Of a DNA stretch of 64,000 nt, positions 10,206-20,034 are shown piece after piece. Source of the stretch: Candidatus Parcubacteria bacterium. GTDB taxonomy: Bacteria; Patescibacteriota; Patescibacteriia; Magasanikbacterales; UBA922. The position numbers were made by a program, and so were the translations under genes. The stretch spans positions 187-64,186 of the forward strand of contig PKTJ01000066.1 in the NCBI GenBank assembly GCA_002869205.1. Direction: 5' to 3'. Below the pieces are notes generated by a model. The model did no database searches and was not told the origin of the DNA. It saw only the letters and a list, made by a program, of their open reading frames with translations. The number at the start of each line of letters is the position of its first letter. The first letter of the stretch is position 1.

Positions 10206-11237
10206 ATGAAACAAGAACTCGAAAATTTACAAAAAGATTTTAAAAAAGCAGTTGACGACGTCAAAGATGTTTTGAAACTTGATGAAGTATATCAGAGATT
10301 TTTTTCACGCAAGTCTGGTGAGATGACAAACATCATGAAGAATTTGAAAGAGCTCACTGGTGACGCGCGAAAGGAAATTGGTAAACTTGCCAATGAGGTA
10401 AAAGGAGAGCTTGAGGATATATATGGTAAGAAAAAAGACGAGCTTGAAAATCAAAAATGGGATGAGATTGCACAAACGGAAAAAATTGATATCACGCAAC
10501 CAAAATTACCAAAGAAACGAAAAGGTCATTTGCATCCTATGACCATTGTGCACAATGAGTTGGAAGACTTATTTACCAGCATGGGCTTCATGGTGCTTGA
10601 TGGTCCAGAACTTGAGAGTGACTTTTATAATTTTGAAGGATTGAATATTGCGAAGACTCATCCTGCTCGAGATAGCCAGGATACTTTCTTTATAAAAAAT
10701 AAACCAGAGTGGGTGATGCGCACGCATACGTCACCAGTACAAGTTCGTGCTATGCAAAAGTATGGGGCGCCACTTCGTACTGTGGTAACAGGGCGGTGTT
10801 TTCGAAACGAATCAACTGATGCGAGTCACGAACACACGTTTTATCAGATGGAGGGTCTTGTTATAGATCGTGAGATTTCCATAGCAAATCTTATTGGTAC
10901 CATGAAAGAACTTTTGCAAGGTGTGTTAAAACGAGAAGTTGAAGTACGTCTTCGCCCAGGGTATTTTCCATTTGTGGAGCCGGGCTTTGAACTTGATATG
11001 AAATGTCTCGTGTGTGAAGGGCAGGGCTGTGGTGCATGCAAACATAGTGGATGGGTGGAAACACTTCCATGTGGACTTGTAAATCCAAAAGTTATTGAAC
11101 ATGGGGGTCTTGATCCAAAAGAGTGGACTGGATTTGCATTTGGTCTTGGGTCTATGCGACTGTGTATGCAAAAGTATGGAGTGGAAGATATCCGTCATCT
11201 ACATGCGGGGGATATGAAATTTCTTGAACAATTTTAA
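10206..11237 (+). CDS. pheS: phenylalanine--tRNA ligase alpha subunit
   Basis: Class II aaRS motifs (FRNESTDASHEHTFYQMEG, GFAFGLGSMRL) and zinc-ribbon Cys; followed by pheT. Confidence 0.95.
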   Translation: MKQELENLQKDFKKAVDDVKDVLKLDEVYQRFFSRKSGEMTNIMKNLKELTGDARKEIGKLANEVKGELEDIYGKKKDELENQKWDEIAQTEKIDITQPKLPKKRKGHLHPMTIVHNELEDLFTSMGFMVLDGPELESDFYNFEGLNIAKTHPARDSQDTFFIKNKPEWVMRTHTSPVQVRAMQKYGAPLRTVVTGRCFRNESTDASHEHTFYQMEGLVIDREISIANLIGTMKELLQGVLKREVEVRLRPGYFPFVEPGFELDMKCLVCEGQGCGACKHSGWVETLPCGLVNPKVIEHGGLDPKEWTGFAFGLGSMRLCMQKYGVEDIRHLHAGDMKFLEQF

Positions 11238-11248
11238 ATTTTTGAAAT

Positions 11249-13720
11249 ATGTTAGTAAGTTACAATTGGTTAAAATATTACGTTGATCTCCCAGATTCAC
11301 TTACACCCGAAGAGTTGGGATTGAAATTGACTATGGGGGTGGTTGAGGTTGAGGGTGTGGAGAAACTTGGAAATAATCTGGAAAAGATTTTTGTTGGCAA
11401 AGTCTCTGGCGTTCAAGATCACCCAAATGCAGATAAGCTTAAAATCTGTACAGTTGAGTTTGGACAGGACCATCCTGCACAAGTAGTGTGCGGTGGTTCA
11501 AATGTGACAGAAGGAATGCTGTGCGCGTTTGGTTCGCTTGGTGCAAAAGTAAAATGGCATGGAGAAGGTGAATTGGTTGAACTCAAAAAAGCAAAAATTC
11601 GTGACGCAGAAAGTTATGGAATGATTTGTGCCGCAAGTGAGATTGGTCTTGGGGAAATGTTTCCTGCAAAAGACGATGCAGAAATTTTGGATTTGAGCGA
11701 TATGAAATTAAAAGTAGGGGAACCTCTTGCAAAAGCACTAGGGTTAAATGATGTCGTATTTTATATTGATAATAAATCAATGACACATCGTCCAGATCTC
11801 TGGGGTCATTATGGTATGGCACGAGAGGTCGCAGCGGCTTATGGCAAGAAGTTGAAGAAATATGAGCCGGCTGAGATAGGTAAGGCAAAAAAGACCGAAG
11901 GGGCAGCTCTAGAGCTGTCCGTACGGGTTGAGGATGCGCAATTATGTCCACGATATATGGCAGTCGCAATAGATGGTATCAAAGTCGGTCCGTCTCCAGA
12001 TTGGATGCAGACACTATTATTAGCAGCAGGACTTCGTCCGATTAATAATATTGTAGATATCACCAATTTCATTTTGTTGGATCTGGGTCAACCAATGCAT
12101 GCTTTTGATAAGTTAAAAGTAGAAAGTGAAAAGGGAAAAGTAGACATACTCGTGCGTAGAGCAAAAGATGGAGAAAAGTTTACAGCTTTAGATGAGCAAG
12201 AGTATGAATTGACGAGTGATATGCTTGTCATTGCTGATAACAAAAAAGCCGTTGCGCTTGCCGGTGTGATAGGTGGTTTAAATAGTGAAATTTCAGATGA
12301 CACCACCGCTATTGTATTTGAATCAGCAAATTTTGATGCAACAAATGTTCGTAGAACCGCTACGAAATTGGGTTTGAGAACTGATGCGTCAGCTCGTTTT
12401 GAAAAGAGTCTTGATCCAAACAATGCAGAACTTGCACTTCGTCGTGCTGTGGAGCTTACACTTGAAATATGTCCTGAAGCAAAAGTTGTGAGTAAGGTAG
12501 CTGATGAAAAGAATTTTAATTTGAATCAAGGTCCAATTGAATTATCTTTAGAATTTTTAAACAAAAAAATTGGTAAAGAAATTTCTAAAAAAGAAGTTGT
12601 TAAAATTCTCGAAGGTCTTGGGTTTGAAATTAAAGATAAAAAAGATGTATTGTTTGTCACTGTTCCTACGTGGCGTGCGACAAAAGATATTTCTATCCCA
12701 GAAGATCTCGTAGAAGAAGTTTCTCGTGTGTATGGATATGATAATATTGAGACGGTTTTGCCTTCTTTTCCTGTTGCACCGCCAGAACGCAATGAATTAC
12801 GTCTTCTTGAGCGCACGGTAAAGAATGTAATGTCGATGTCTCATGGATATACTGAGAGTATTAATTATTCGTTTATTTCTCCTGATCTCTTGAATGCTGT
12901 TGGTTTAGAGGTTGGTAAACATATTGAGCTTGATAATCCGATTGCAAAAGATCGTCCATATTTGCGCAGAACTCTTTTACCAAATTTATTTGAAAATGTA
13001 GAGAAAAATATTCATGACAGAAATGACCTCTATCTATTTGAAGTAGGTAAGGTTTTCAGGTTGGAAGAATCAGGTGAACGTGTGAGTGGTAATAGTGATG
13101 ATTTGTTACCTCGGCAAGATGTGGTGTTTTCAAATGTATACGCAAGCAAGAATGATAAAAAACCATTTTATGAAATTTCACAAAGCGTAGGGTCTTTACT
13201 CAATGAGTTAGGTGTCCATACCTCGTTTGATATAGTGGGTGAGACACAAGAAAAATATATTCATCCCGGCCGTGTAGCATACATTACTGTCAATGGTGAA
13301 AAGCTTGGTGTAATCGCAGAACTTCATCCTGCCGTCCAAAAAAAGCTTGGTATTGATGTACGCGTTGGTTTTGCTGAAATAAATCTTACTAGACTCCTGG
13401 AATATTCAGCAGAACGTGCCAACTATACGGGTGTACCAGCATATCCACCAGTTTTGCGCGATATTGCTCTTGTCGTGGATGAAGGTGTGATGAATCGTGA
13501 TATGATTAACACTATTAAATCTGTGGACAATCTTGTTTCTGATGTTGAATTATTTGATGTGTTTGAAGGTAGTAAGCTAGGAAAAGGTAAGAAGAGTGTG
13601 GCATATCATATTACATACATGTCAAAGGAAAAAACACTTGAAGCAACTGACGTTGATAAAATCCATGACAAAGTTGTGAAGGTGCTTGAGAAGGAATTTA
13701 AAGCAGAGGTGAGGAAATAG
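11249..13720 (+). CDS. pheT: phenylalanine--tRNA ligase beta subunit
   Basis: tRNA-binding N-terminus, B3/B4, B5 and FDX-ACB-like C-terminus; 823 aa, immediately after pheS. Confidence 0.95.
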   Translation: MLVSYNWLKYYVDLPDSLTPEELGLKLTMGVVEVEGVEKLGNNLEKIFVGKVSGVQDHPNADKLKICTVEFGQDHPAQVVCGGSNVTEGMLCAFGSLGAKVKWHGEGELVELKKAKIRDAESYGMICAASEIGLGEMFPAKDDAEILDLSDMKLKVGEPLAKALGLNDVVFYIDNKSMTHRPDLWGHYGMAREVAAAYGKKLKKYEPAEIGKAKKTEGAALELSVRVEDAQLCPRYMAVAIDGIKVGPSPDWMQTLLLAAGLRPINNIVDITNFILLDLGQPMHAFDKLKVESEKGKVDILVRRAKDGEKFTALDEQEYELTSDMLVIADNKKAVALAGVIGGLNSEISDDTTAIVFESANFDATNVRRTATKLGLRTDASARFEKSLDPNNAELALRRAVELTLEICPEAKVVSKVADEKNFNLNQGPIELSLEFLNKKIGKEISKKEVVKILEGLGFEIKDKKDVLFVTVPTWRATKDISIPEDLVEEVSRVYGYDNIETVLPSFPVAPPERNELRLLERTVKNVMSMSHGYTESINYSFISPDLLNAVGLEVGKHIELDNPIAKDRPYLRRTLLPNLFENVEKNIHDRNDLYLFEVGKVFRLEESGERVSGNSDDLLPRQDVVFSNVYASKNDKKPFYEISQSVGSLLNELGVHTSFDIVGETQEKYIHPGRVAYITVNGEKLGVIAELHPAVQKKLGIDVRVGFAEINLTRLLEYSAERANYTGVPAYPPVLRDIALVVDEGVMNRDMINTIKSVDNLVSDVELFDVFEGSKLGKGKKSVAYHITYMSKEKTLEATDVDKIHDKVVKVLEKEFKAEVRK

Positions 13721-13797
13721 TTTGGTGATGTAATAAATTGTGGTATAATACTTTCACCTTTTAAACTTTTTACTTTATAAACTAACTTGCCTGTCAT

Positions 13798-14148
13798 ATG
13801 TTTGAAACAAGTAAAGATCTACTCTATGTAGTCTTATCACTTTCAATACTCTGGTTTACTGTATTTCTGTGTTGGCTTTTATACCAAGCAGCACGAGCTT
13901 TGCGTAATGCCAATAAGATTATTGAGACGCTTACACAAAAACTCGAACTTATCACTGATGCAGTAGAATTTATCCGTGCGAAGGTCGATAATATGTCGAG
14001 TCACATGGGTGCGGTAAGTGGTGTTGCATCAAGTCTGGTAAATAAATTTGTTTTGGGGAAGATATCAGATAAGCTTGATGAGAAGATGGGTGAAAGGAAG
14101 GCTAAAAAAACACCCAAGAGGAAAACGACCAAGAAAAAGAAAAAATAA
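13798..14148 (+). CDS. hypothetical small membrane protein with lysine-rich tail
   Basis: One TM helix, C-terminal KKTPKRKTTKKKKK. Confidence 0.4.
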   Translation: MFETSKDLLYVVLSLSILWFTVFLCWLLYQAARALRNANKIIETLTQKLELITDAVEFIRAKVDNMSSHMGAVSGVASSLVNKFVLGKISDKLDEKMGERKAKKTPKRKTTKKKKK

Positions 14149-14156
14149 TACTAATA

Positions 14157-14186
14157 AACCCCGCTAACGGCGGGGTTATTTTTTTG
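14157..14186 (+). terminator. rho-independent terminator
   Basis: AACCCCGC-taac-GGCGGGGTT hairpin followed by a T7 run. Confidence 0.7.
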
Positions 14187-14813
14187 CATATGCTTACCAG
14201 TTTGAAATTTTATAGTTTTTTCAACAAAGAAATAAAAATTATAAAAAAGAAAGATCTATCAGGGTCTATAAAAGATGTGGTCATGCAGATAGACAGCAGT
14301 GGCTCTGCTGAGGGCTGTGTTTTTCGTCCCACACCAGATGTAAGCAAAGTCATGACTGTAGTTATGGGTTTGTTTTTTATCATGTTTAGTATACTTGTGT
14401 TTCAAGGGTTGTCTTTCAAGGGTATGTTTACTGCAGAGTTATGGTGGTCTTTTCCTGCTGTCTTTTTTGTATTTTTTATTTTATTTTATTATAGTTTTTT
14501 TATTTATTGGATTGGTCCTGTGTATGTGAAAAAAAATATAGATAATTATTTTATTTATATTGGTAAGGAGGGGATTATACGTAAAGAATCAGGTAGGGTT
14601 GCGTTGGTGCCCTGGGAGATTATCACGGGAGTAAGCGTAGTCTTTGGCGTACGTGGTGGAGGTAATTATCTCGAGCTTGAAATAAAAGGACATCAGGTGT
14701 GGACACCCAAGCTTGTGCGAGGTGCAAATGAATCTACTTTGTTTGCCGACTGGGTGGAATATAGCGCACAAGACATGAGAGCGATGAAAGATATAATCCA
14801 AAAATTTTTGTAA
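14184..14813 (+). CDS. hypothetical membrane protein (true start probably an internal Met near 14283)
   Basis: ORF with two predicted TM helices; no known motif. Confidence 0.4.
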   Translation: MHMLTSLKFYSFFNKEIKIIKKKDLSGSIKDVVMQIDSSGSAEGCVFRPTPDVSKVMTVVMGLFFIMFSILVFQGLSFKGMFTAELWWSFPAVFFVFFILFYYSFFIYWIGPVYVKKNIDNYFIYIGKEGIIRKESGRVALVPWEIITGVSVVFGVRGGGNYLELEIKGHQVWTPKLVRGANESTLFADWVEYSAQDMRAMKDIIQKFL

Positions 14814-14828
14814 GTTTTTCATAAAATA

Positions 14829-14860
14829 AAAAATCACCTGTATGGTGATTTTTTATTTTA
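14829..14860. terminator. bidirectional hairpin terminator between convergent genes
   Basis: AAAAAATCACC-tgta-TGGTGATTTTTTATTTT, with an A-run and a T-run on either side. Confidence 0.65.
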
Positions 14861-14879
14861 TCATACAAGACAATATTCA

Positions 14880-16361
14880 CTACATGAGTTGGTATACATA
14901 ATAATCTACAGGAGCATACTCATCAGTGAGTATCGGCATGTCGTTTGGTATTTCTTTTTGCCATACATTATTTAGTCGTGAGTTTGTTTCGATATCATCG
15001 GATTCAAAAGATGGGGGAACGTCTCCCTTGAGCGCGACAAGCATGAGGTTTTGTATATCAGACCCATCGTCTGGGTTTGCAACTGGTATGATATATACGT
15101 AAGGAAATATGCTTTTGTATGTGGCGTACTGTGCGCGAAGAAATTTTCCCTTATCTCCTTCGATCGCAGAAATGATGTTCACCAAAGTAACCCCACCATC
15201 ATTCAAGATATCGTATGTTTTTTGGATGACTTCTTGGGTAGTGAGTTGGTAGGGAAGTGAATAATATGAATCAAATGCGTCTCCAAACACTACATCGTAT
15301 TTTTTCTCTGTCATATTTAGAAATGTCCTTCCATCTTCATGAAAAATGTTTAATCGAGGACTTTCTTCCAAACGAAAATATTTTTTTGCGAGTTCTGTTA
15401 CTTTTGGATCTATCTCAATGACATCCATAGATGCATCAGCGTATTCTCTGAGATAATATTTTGGATAAGAAAATGCAGCTCCACCGAGAAGTAGGCTGGT
15501 TTTGAAATTTGGATTAAAATGTTTTGCGAGATCATAATATTTTGTGTATTCAAATACCAAATCATCATTTTCTAAGAACATGGCAGAACTTGCATTGCCA
15601 TCAATACTCATTCGTCGAATTTCTTTTTTTGTCCGATGATCTATTGTGTCGCGGATAATAACACGACTATATGAGGTGTCTACATCGATAAAATTATGTG
15701 ACAGCTTTTCTGCTTCAACCGTGTTGATGATTAGTAGTGATGATGCAATCAGGGTGAGCATGTAGATTTTCAAGATAATTCCTTTTTGTGTAAATAATAG
15801 GATTGACACCAATATGAGAGTCAAGGATATTAACAAAAGTATTTTGGTTGTACCAAGTGTAGGGATAAGCCAAAAACCAGCAGCAAATGTGCCGACAATG
15901 CTACCAATAGTCGATATGGCGTAAAGATTTCCGACAGTAGAGCCAGATGTTTCTAGTGAATTTATTTTGAGTTTCACTGCATAGGGAGAAACCATTCCAA
16001 GAAATACACTTGGTAGTGAAAATAATGTAATAGTGCTCAAGACAGTACGGAGCTTGAAGTCTCCTATAATGTTTTGTAAGAAAATAAGTGTCGGTTCTTT
16101 TATCAGTGTGATAAAACTAATAAGGATCGCTGAAGTAAAGATGATCCACGAGAGTGTCTTTACATTTGCTTTTTTGTCAGACAGTTTACCACCAAGCCAA
16201 TATCCTAGACTCAGACTTCCGAGAATAATACCGATTAAGCTCGTCCATACAAATATAGAATTTCCAATATAAGGAGAAACGACACGAGATCCAACGACTT
16301 CGAAGACCATGACCACGGCCCCACTAGTAAAAACGACGAGTTCGAGTATATATTTTTTCAT
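14880..16361 (-). CDS. fused polytopic membrane domain / spermidine-synthase-fold protein (fused MFS-spermidine synthase family)
   Basis: N-terminal ~8 TM helices. The C-terminus aligns to SpeE (VIEIDPKVTELAKKYF, PRLNIFHEDGRTF, YDVVFGDAFD, LNDGGVTLVN), but the GGGDGG loop is replaced by GGAAFS. Confidence 0.65.
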   Translation of the reverse strand: MKKYILELVVFTSGAVVMVFEVVGSRVVSPYIGNSIFVWTSLIGIILGSLSLGYWLGGKLSDKKANVKTLSWIIFTSAILISFITLIKEPTLIFLQNIIGDFKLRTVLSTITLFSLPSVFLGMVSPYAVKLKINSLETSGSTVGNLYAISTIGSIVGTFAAGFWLIPTLGTTKILLLISLTLILVSILLFTQKGIILKIYMLTLIASSLLIINTVEAEKLSHNFIDVDTSYSRVIIRDTIDHRTKKEIRRMSIDGNASSAMFLENDDLVFEYTKYYDLAKHFNPNFKTSLLLGGAAFSYPKYYLREYADASMDVIEIDPKVTELAKKYFRLEESPRLNIFHEDGRTFLNMTEKKYDVVFGDAFDSYYSLPYQLTTQEVIQKTYDILNDGGVTLVNIISAIEGDKGKFLRAQYATYKSIFPYVYIIPVANPDDGSDIQNLMLVALKGDVPPSFESDDIETNSRLNNVWQKEIPNDMPILTDEYAPVDYYVYQLM

Positions 16362-16427
16362 AGATATGGGTGATTTGATTTTGTAATGGATATATTATAA
16401 ACTAGTGGAAGCTTTTAGCCAAATACT

Positions 16428-19400
16428 ATGGATTTTGTACATCTCCATGTACATTCACATTATTCACTTTTGAACGGTTTGTCCAAGGTCAAAGCGCTTG
16501 TTAAGGCTGCAAAAAAACGTGGTTTTAAGGCTCTTGCGCTTACTGACTATGGTTCTATGTATGGTGCTATAGAATTTTATCAGGCGTGTCTAGCAGAAGA
16601 TATCAAGCCAATTATTGGGTTTGAGGCATATGTGGCTCCACGGAGTCGGCATGATAAGGATCCAGAAAAAGACAAAGGTGTATACCATATCATGTTGTTG
16701 GCAGAAAATTTTGAGGGATACCAAAATCTAATGCGTCTTTCTTCCATAGGACACTTGGAAGGGTTTTTTAATGATAAGCCTCGTGTTGATAAGGAGCTTT
16801 TAAAAGAGTTTGGAAAAGGAGTGATTGCGTTGTCTGGACCTATAGAAGGGGAAGTGCCTCAATTATTAAAAGATAATAAAGATGATGAGGCAAAAAAGGT
16901 GGTAGCCGAATTTGAAGAGATTTTTGGAAAAGGAAATTTTTATCTTGAACTTCAGGATCATCCAGCAATTGAGGGTCAGATGCAGGTGAACACAAAACTT
17001 ATTCAATTATCAAAAGATGTGAATACACCTTTGGTAGTTACTCGAGATGTACATTATTTAGATTTTAATGAAGCTGAGGCGCAAGATGTCTTGCGTTGTA
17101 TTTCCAATGGATGGAAAGTGGGGCAGTCTGATAGAGAAGATTACCGGCATGTAGATCGTTCATTTAATACTGCTCAAGATATTATTTCACGTTTCAAACA
17201 CGTACCAGAAGCAATTGAGAATACGGTAAAGATTGCAGACAGGGTGGACCTAGATATTCCTCTCAATAATTGGCACTTTGCACCAGTAGATTTGCCAGAA
17301 GGAAAAAATGCAGATGAACATTTGCGCGATGAAGCGTACCGATGTGTCAGTGATTTTTATGGAGATACCACACAAGAACTAAAAGATCGTATTGAGTATG
17401 AACTTGATATTATCAAGACAAAAGGTTACTCACCGTATTTTATTTGTGTTGCAGATTATGTGAGATATGCAAAACGCAATGGTATTGTAGAGTCTACTCG
17501 TGGTTCTGCTGCTGGTTCACTTGTGTCATACATTCTTGGTATTACGACGGTTGATCCTATGCGGTTTAAACTTCCGTTTGAACGTTTCTTGAATCCATAT
17601 CGTCCGAGTCCTCCTGATATTGATACAGATTTTGCTGATGATCGAAGAGAAGAGATGATCGAGTATATGACACGCAAATATGGTGAAGATAAGGTGGCTC
17701 AGATTATTACATTTGGAACAATGGCTGCGCGTGCAAGTGTACGTGATGTCGGTCGTGCTCTTGCGCTTTCATATGGATTTTGTGATCAGGTTGCCAAACT
17801 GATTCCTCAAGGTGCACAAGGATTTCCTATGACTATCGAGCGTGCACTCAAAGAAGAGCCAGATCTCAAAAAACTCTATGAAATGAATGAAGATGTGAAG
17901 CGTCTCCTTGATCTTGCTCAGCAGGTCGAAGGGTGTGCACGTCATACATCTATTCATGCGGCGGGTGTGGTGGTTTCTCCTACACCGCTTACTGATTTTA
18001 GTCCGGTGCAGCGAGAAACAGGAGGAGATAAATTGACTACACAATATGAGATGCATTCAGTCGAAACAGCTGGTGTGCTCAAAAATGATTTTCTCGGGAT
18101 TCGTAATCTCGCAATTTTAGGAAATGCTGTGGTAATTGTAGAAAAAACAACAGGAGATAAAATTGATATTTATAATCTTCCACTTGACGATACAAAAACA
18201 TTTGAAATGCTTGCGCGTGGTGAAACTATGGGTGTGTTTCAGCTCGCGGGAGCAGGTATGACTCGATGGGTCAAAGAGCTTAAACCAAATAGAATTGAAG
18301 ATATTATGGCCATGGTTGCTCTGTATCGTCCTGGTCCGATGGAATCTATTCCAGAATATATTCATCGTAAATATAATCCAGAGACCGTAAGTTATCTTGA
18401 TCCGCGTTTAGAAAAGATTCTGGATGCATCATATGGTCTTCTCGTGTATCAAGATGATGTGATGCTTACTGCTATTGAGCTTGCGGGGTATGATTGGATG
18501 GAAGCTGATAAATTTCGAAAAGCGATGGGAAAGAAAGTTCCCGAAGAAATGGCAAAGCAAAAAATCAAATTTTACGACGGGTGTAAAAATCACGGAAAAG
18601 TACCAAAAAATATTATTGATGAGTTGTGGACTGCTATTGAGCCGTTTGCCGCGTACGGGTTTAATAAGGCTCATGCGGCTAGTTATGGTATTGTGGCGTA
18701 CCAAACGGCTTATATGAAGGCTCATTACCCTGTACAGTACATGACGTCGGTTTTGCAGGCTGAATCAGGTGACGCAGACAAGATTTCTGCTATTGTAGGG
18801 GAATGTCGTAGAATCAATATCGAAGTGTTGCCGCCTGATGTAAATGAGAGTTTTAAGTCTTTTGCTATGGTGTCAAAACCAGGCGAAAAAGGACGTATCC
18901 GTTTTGGTTTGACTGCAATTAAAAATGTTGGAGATCATATTTGTGATGTTATCTACCGTGAAAGAAAAGCAAATGGTCAATACAAAGATTTGGAAGATTT
19001 TCTTGACCGTATTGATGACAAGGATTTAAATAAGAAATCTGTAGAGAGTTTGGCCCAAGCTGGTGCGCTTGATTGTTTTGGGTATGATCGAGGAGTACTA
19101 ATGGCCAATAGTGAAAATATTTTGGGTTATATAAAACAGATAAAAGAAAAACGTACCACCAATCAGGATTCTCTCTTTGCTGGCACAGACATCGCACTTG
19201 ATTCAAAGGTGCGTATAGATGATACAGAGCCTGCTACGCTTGAACAAAAGCTGGTGTGGGAAAAAACATTGCTTGGTATTTATGTTTCTTCGCATCCGTT
19301 TGCTTATTATGAAAAATTTTTGGGAAATAAAGTTGTGCCTGTTGCAGAAGTAGAAGAAAAAGATCGGGATTCGTGGGTGGTTGTTGGTGGTGTGATCGAT

Positions 19401-19904
19401 GCAGCCAAGAAAAAAATAACAAAAAAAGGTTCTGTCATGATGTTTGCGACAATTCAAGATATGACAGGTCGTATTGAAATGTTGGTTTTTCCAAAAGCAT
19501 ATGAAGTAAGTAAAGAAGTTTGGGAAGCGGGTAATGTTGTGTGTGTGGTAGGAAAAACTCCGCGCGAAGATGGAGACAATAAGATATTTGTAGAAAAGGC
19601 ATATGTATTAACGAAAGAAAATATTGAACAAATTAGTGGGTATCTATCTTTTAATACAAGTGGTGTAGAAAAAAAGAAGAAAGAAGAAAATAGTAAGTAT
19701 ATTACAATAGGTTTGACTCAAGATGAGGTCAAGGAATATACCAATGATCTAAAAGTATTGTTAGAAGAATATCCGGGTAATTACGATGTATATGTTCGTG
19801 TTGGTATGAACACAATTCGTGCTCAATCACAAGTTGACTGGAACGAAGAGTTGAAGGATAGACTTGAGTCACTGATAGGTCCAGGTAAGGTAGAAGTGCG
19901 GTAA
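16428..19904 (+). CDS. dnaE: DNA polymerase III alpha subunit
   Basis: PHP domain start (HLHVHSHYSLLNG), polymerase core motifs, OB-fold C-terminus; 1158 aa. Confidence 0.95.
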   Translation: MDFVHLHVHSHYSLLNGLSKVKALVKAAKKRGFKALALTDYGSMYGAIEFYQACLAEDIKPIIGFEAYVAPRSRHDKDPEKDKGVYHIMLLAENFEGYQNLMRLSSIGHLEGFFNDKPRVDKELLKEFGKGVIALSGPIEGEVPQLLKDNKDDEAKKVVAEFEEIFGKGNFYLELQDHPAIEGQMQVNTKLIQLSKDVNTPLVVTRDVHYLDFNEAEAQDVLRCISNGWKVGQSDREDYRHVDRSFNTAQDIISRFKHVPEAIENTVKIADRVDLDIPLNNWHFAPVDLPEGKNADEHLRDEAYRCVSDFYGDTTQELKDRIEYELDIIKTKGYSPYFICVADYVRYAKRNGIVESTRGSAAGSLVSYILGITTVDPMRFKLPFERFLNPYRPSPPDIDTDFADDRREEMIEYMTRKYGEDKVAQIITFGTMAARASVRDVGRALALSYGFCDQVAKLIPQGAQGFPMTIERALKEEPDLKKLYEMNEDVKRLLDLAQQVEGCARHTSIHAAGVVVSPTPLTDFSPVQRETGGDKLTTQYEMHSVETAGVLKNDFLGIRNLAILGNAVVIVEKTTGDKIDIYNLPLDDTKTFEMLARGETMGVFQLAGAGMTRWVKELKPNRIEDIMAMVALYRPGPMESIPEYIHRKYNPETVSYLDPRLEKILDASYGLLVYQDDVMLTAIELAGYDWMEADKFRKAMGKKVPEEMAKQKIKFYDGCKNHGKVPKNIIDELWTAIEPFAAYGFNKAHAASYGIVAYQTAYMKAHYPVQYMTSVLQAESGDADKISAIVGECRRINIEVLPPDVNESFKSFAMVSKPGEKGRIRFGLTAIKNVGDHICDVIYRERKANGQYKDLEDFLDRIDDKDLNKKSVESLAQAGALDCFGYDRGVLMANSENILGYIKQIKEKRTTNQDSLFAGTDIALDSKVRIDDTEPATLEQKLVWEKTLLGIYVSSHPFAYYEKFLGNKVVPVAEVEEKDRDSWVVVGGVIDAAKKKITKKGSVMMFATIQDMTGRIEMLVFPKAYEVSKEVWEAGNVVCVVGKTPREDGDNKIFVEKAYVLTKENIEQISGYLSFNTSGVEKKKKEENSKYITIGLTQDEVKEYTNDLKVLLEEYPGNYDVYVRVGMNTIRAQSQVDWNEELKDRLESLIGPGKVEVR

Positions 19905-19922
19905 TAAAAATATATAAAAAAT

Positions 19923-19958
19923 TCCCTCTGGCAAAAACCAGAGGGATTTATTTTTCTT
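19923..19958 (+). terminator. rho-independent terminator after dnaE
   Basis: TCCCTCTGG-caaaaa-CCAGAGGGA followed by a T-run. Confidence 0.7.
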
Positions 19959-20034
19959 TGGAGGCGCCGTCAAGAAACGACGCCTGTCGGGGAGGGGAAC
20001 GCCCCGCCGCCCGAAGGCGGCGGGAGTAGAGCGT

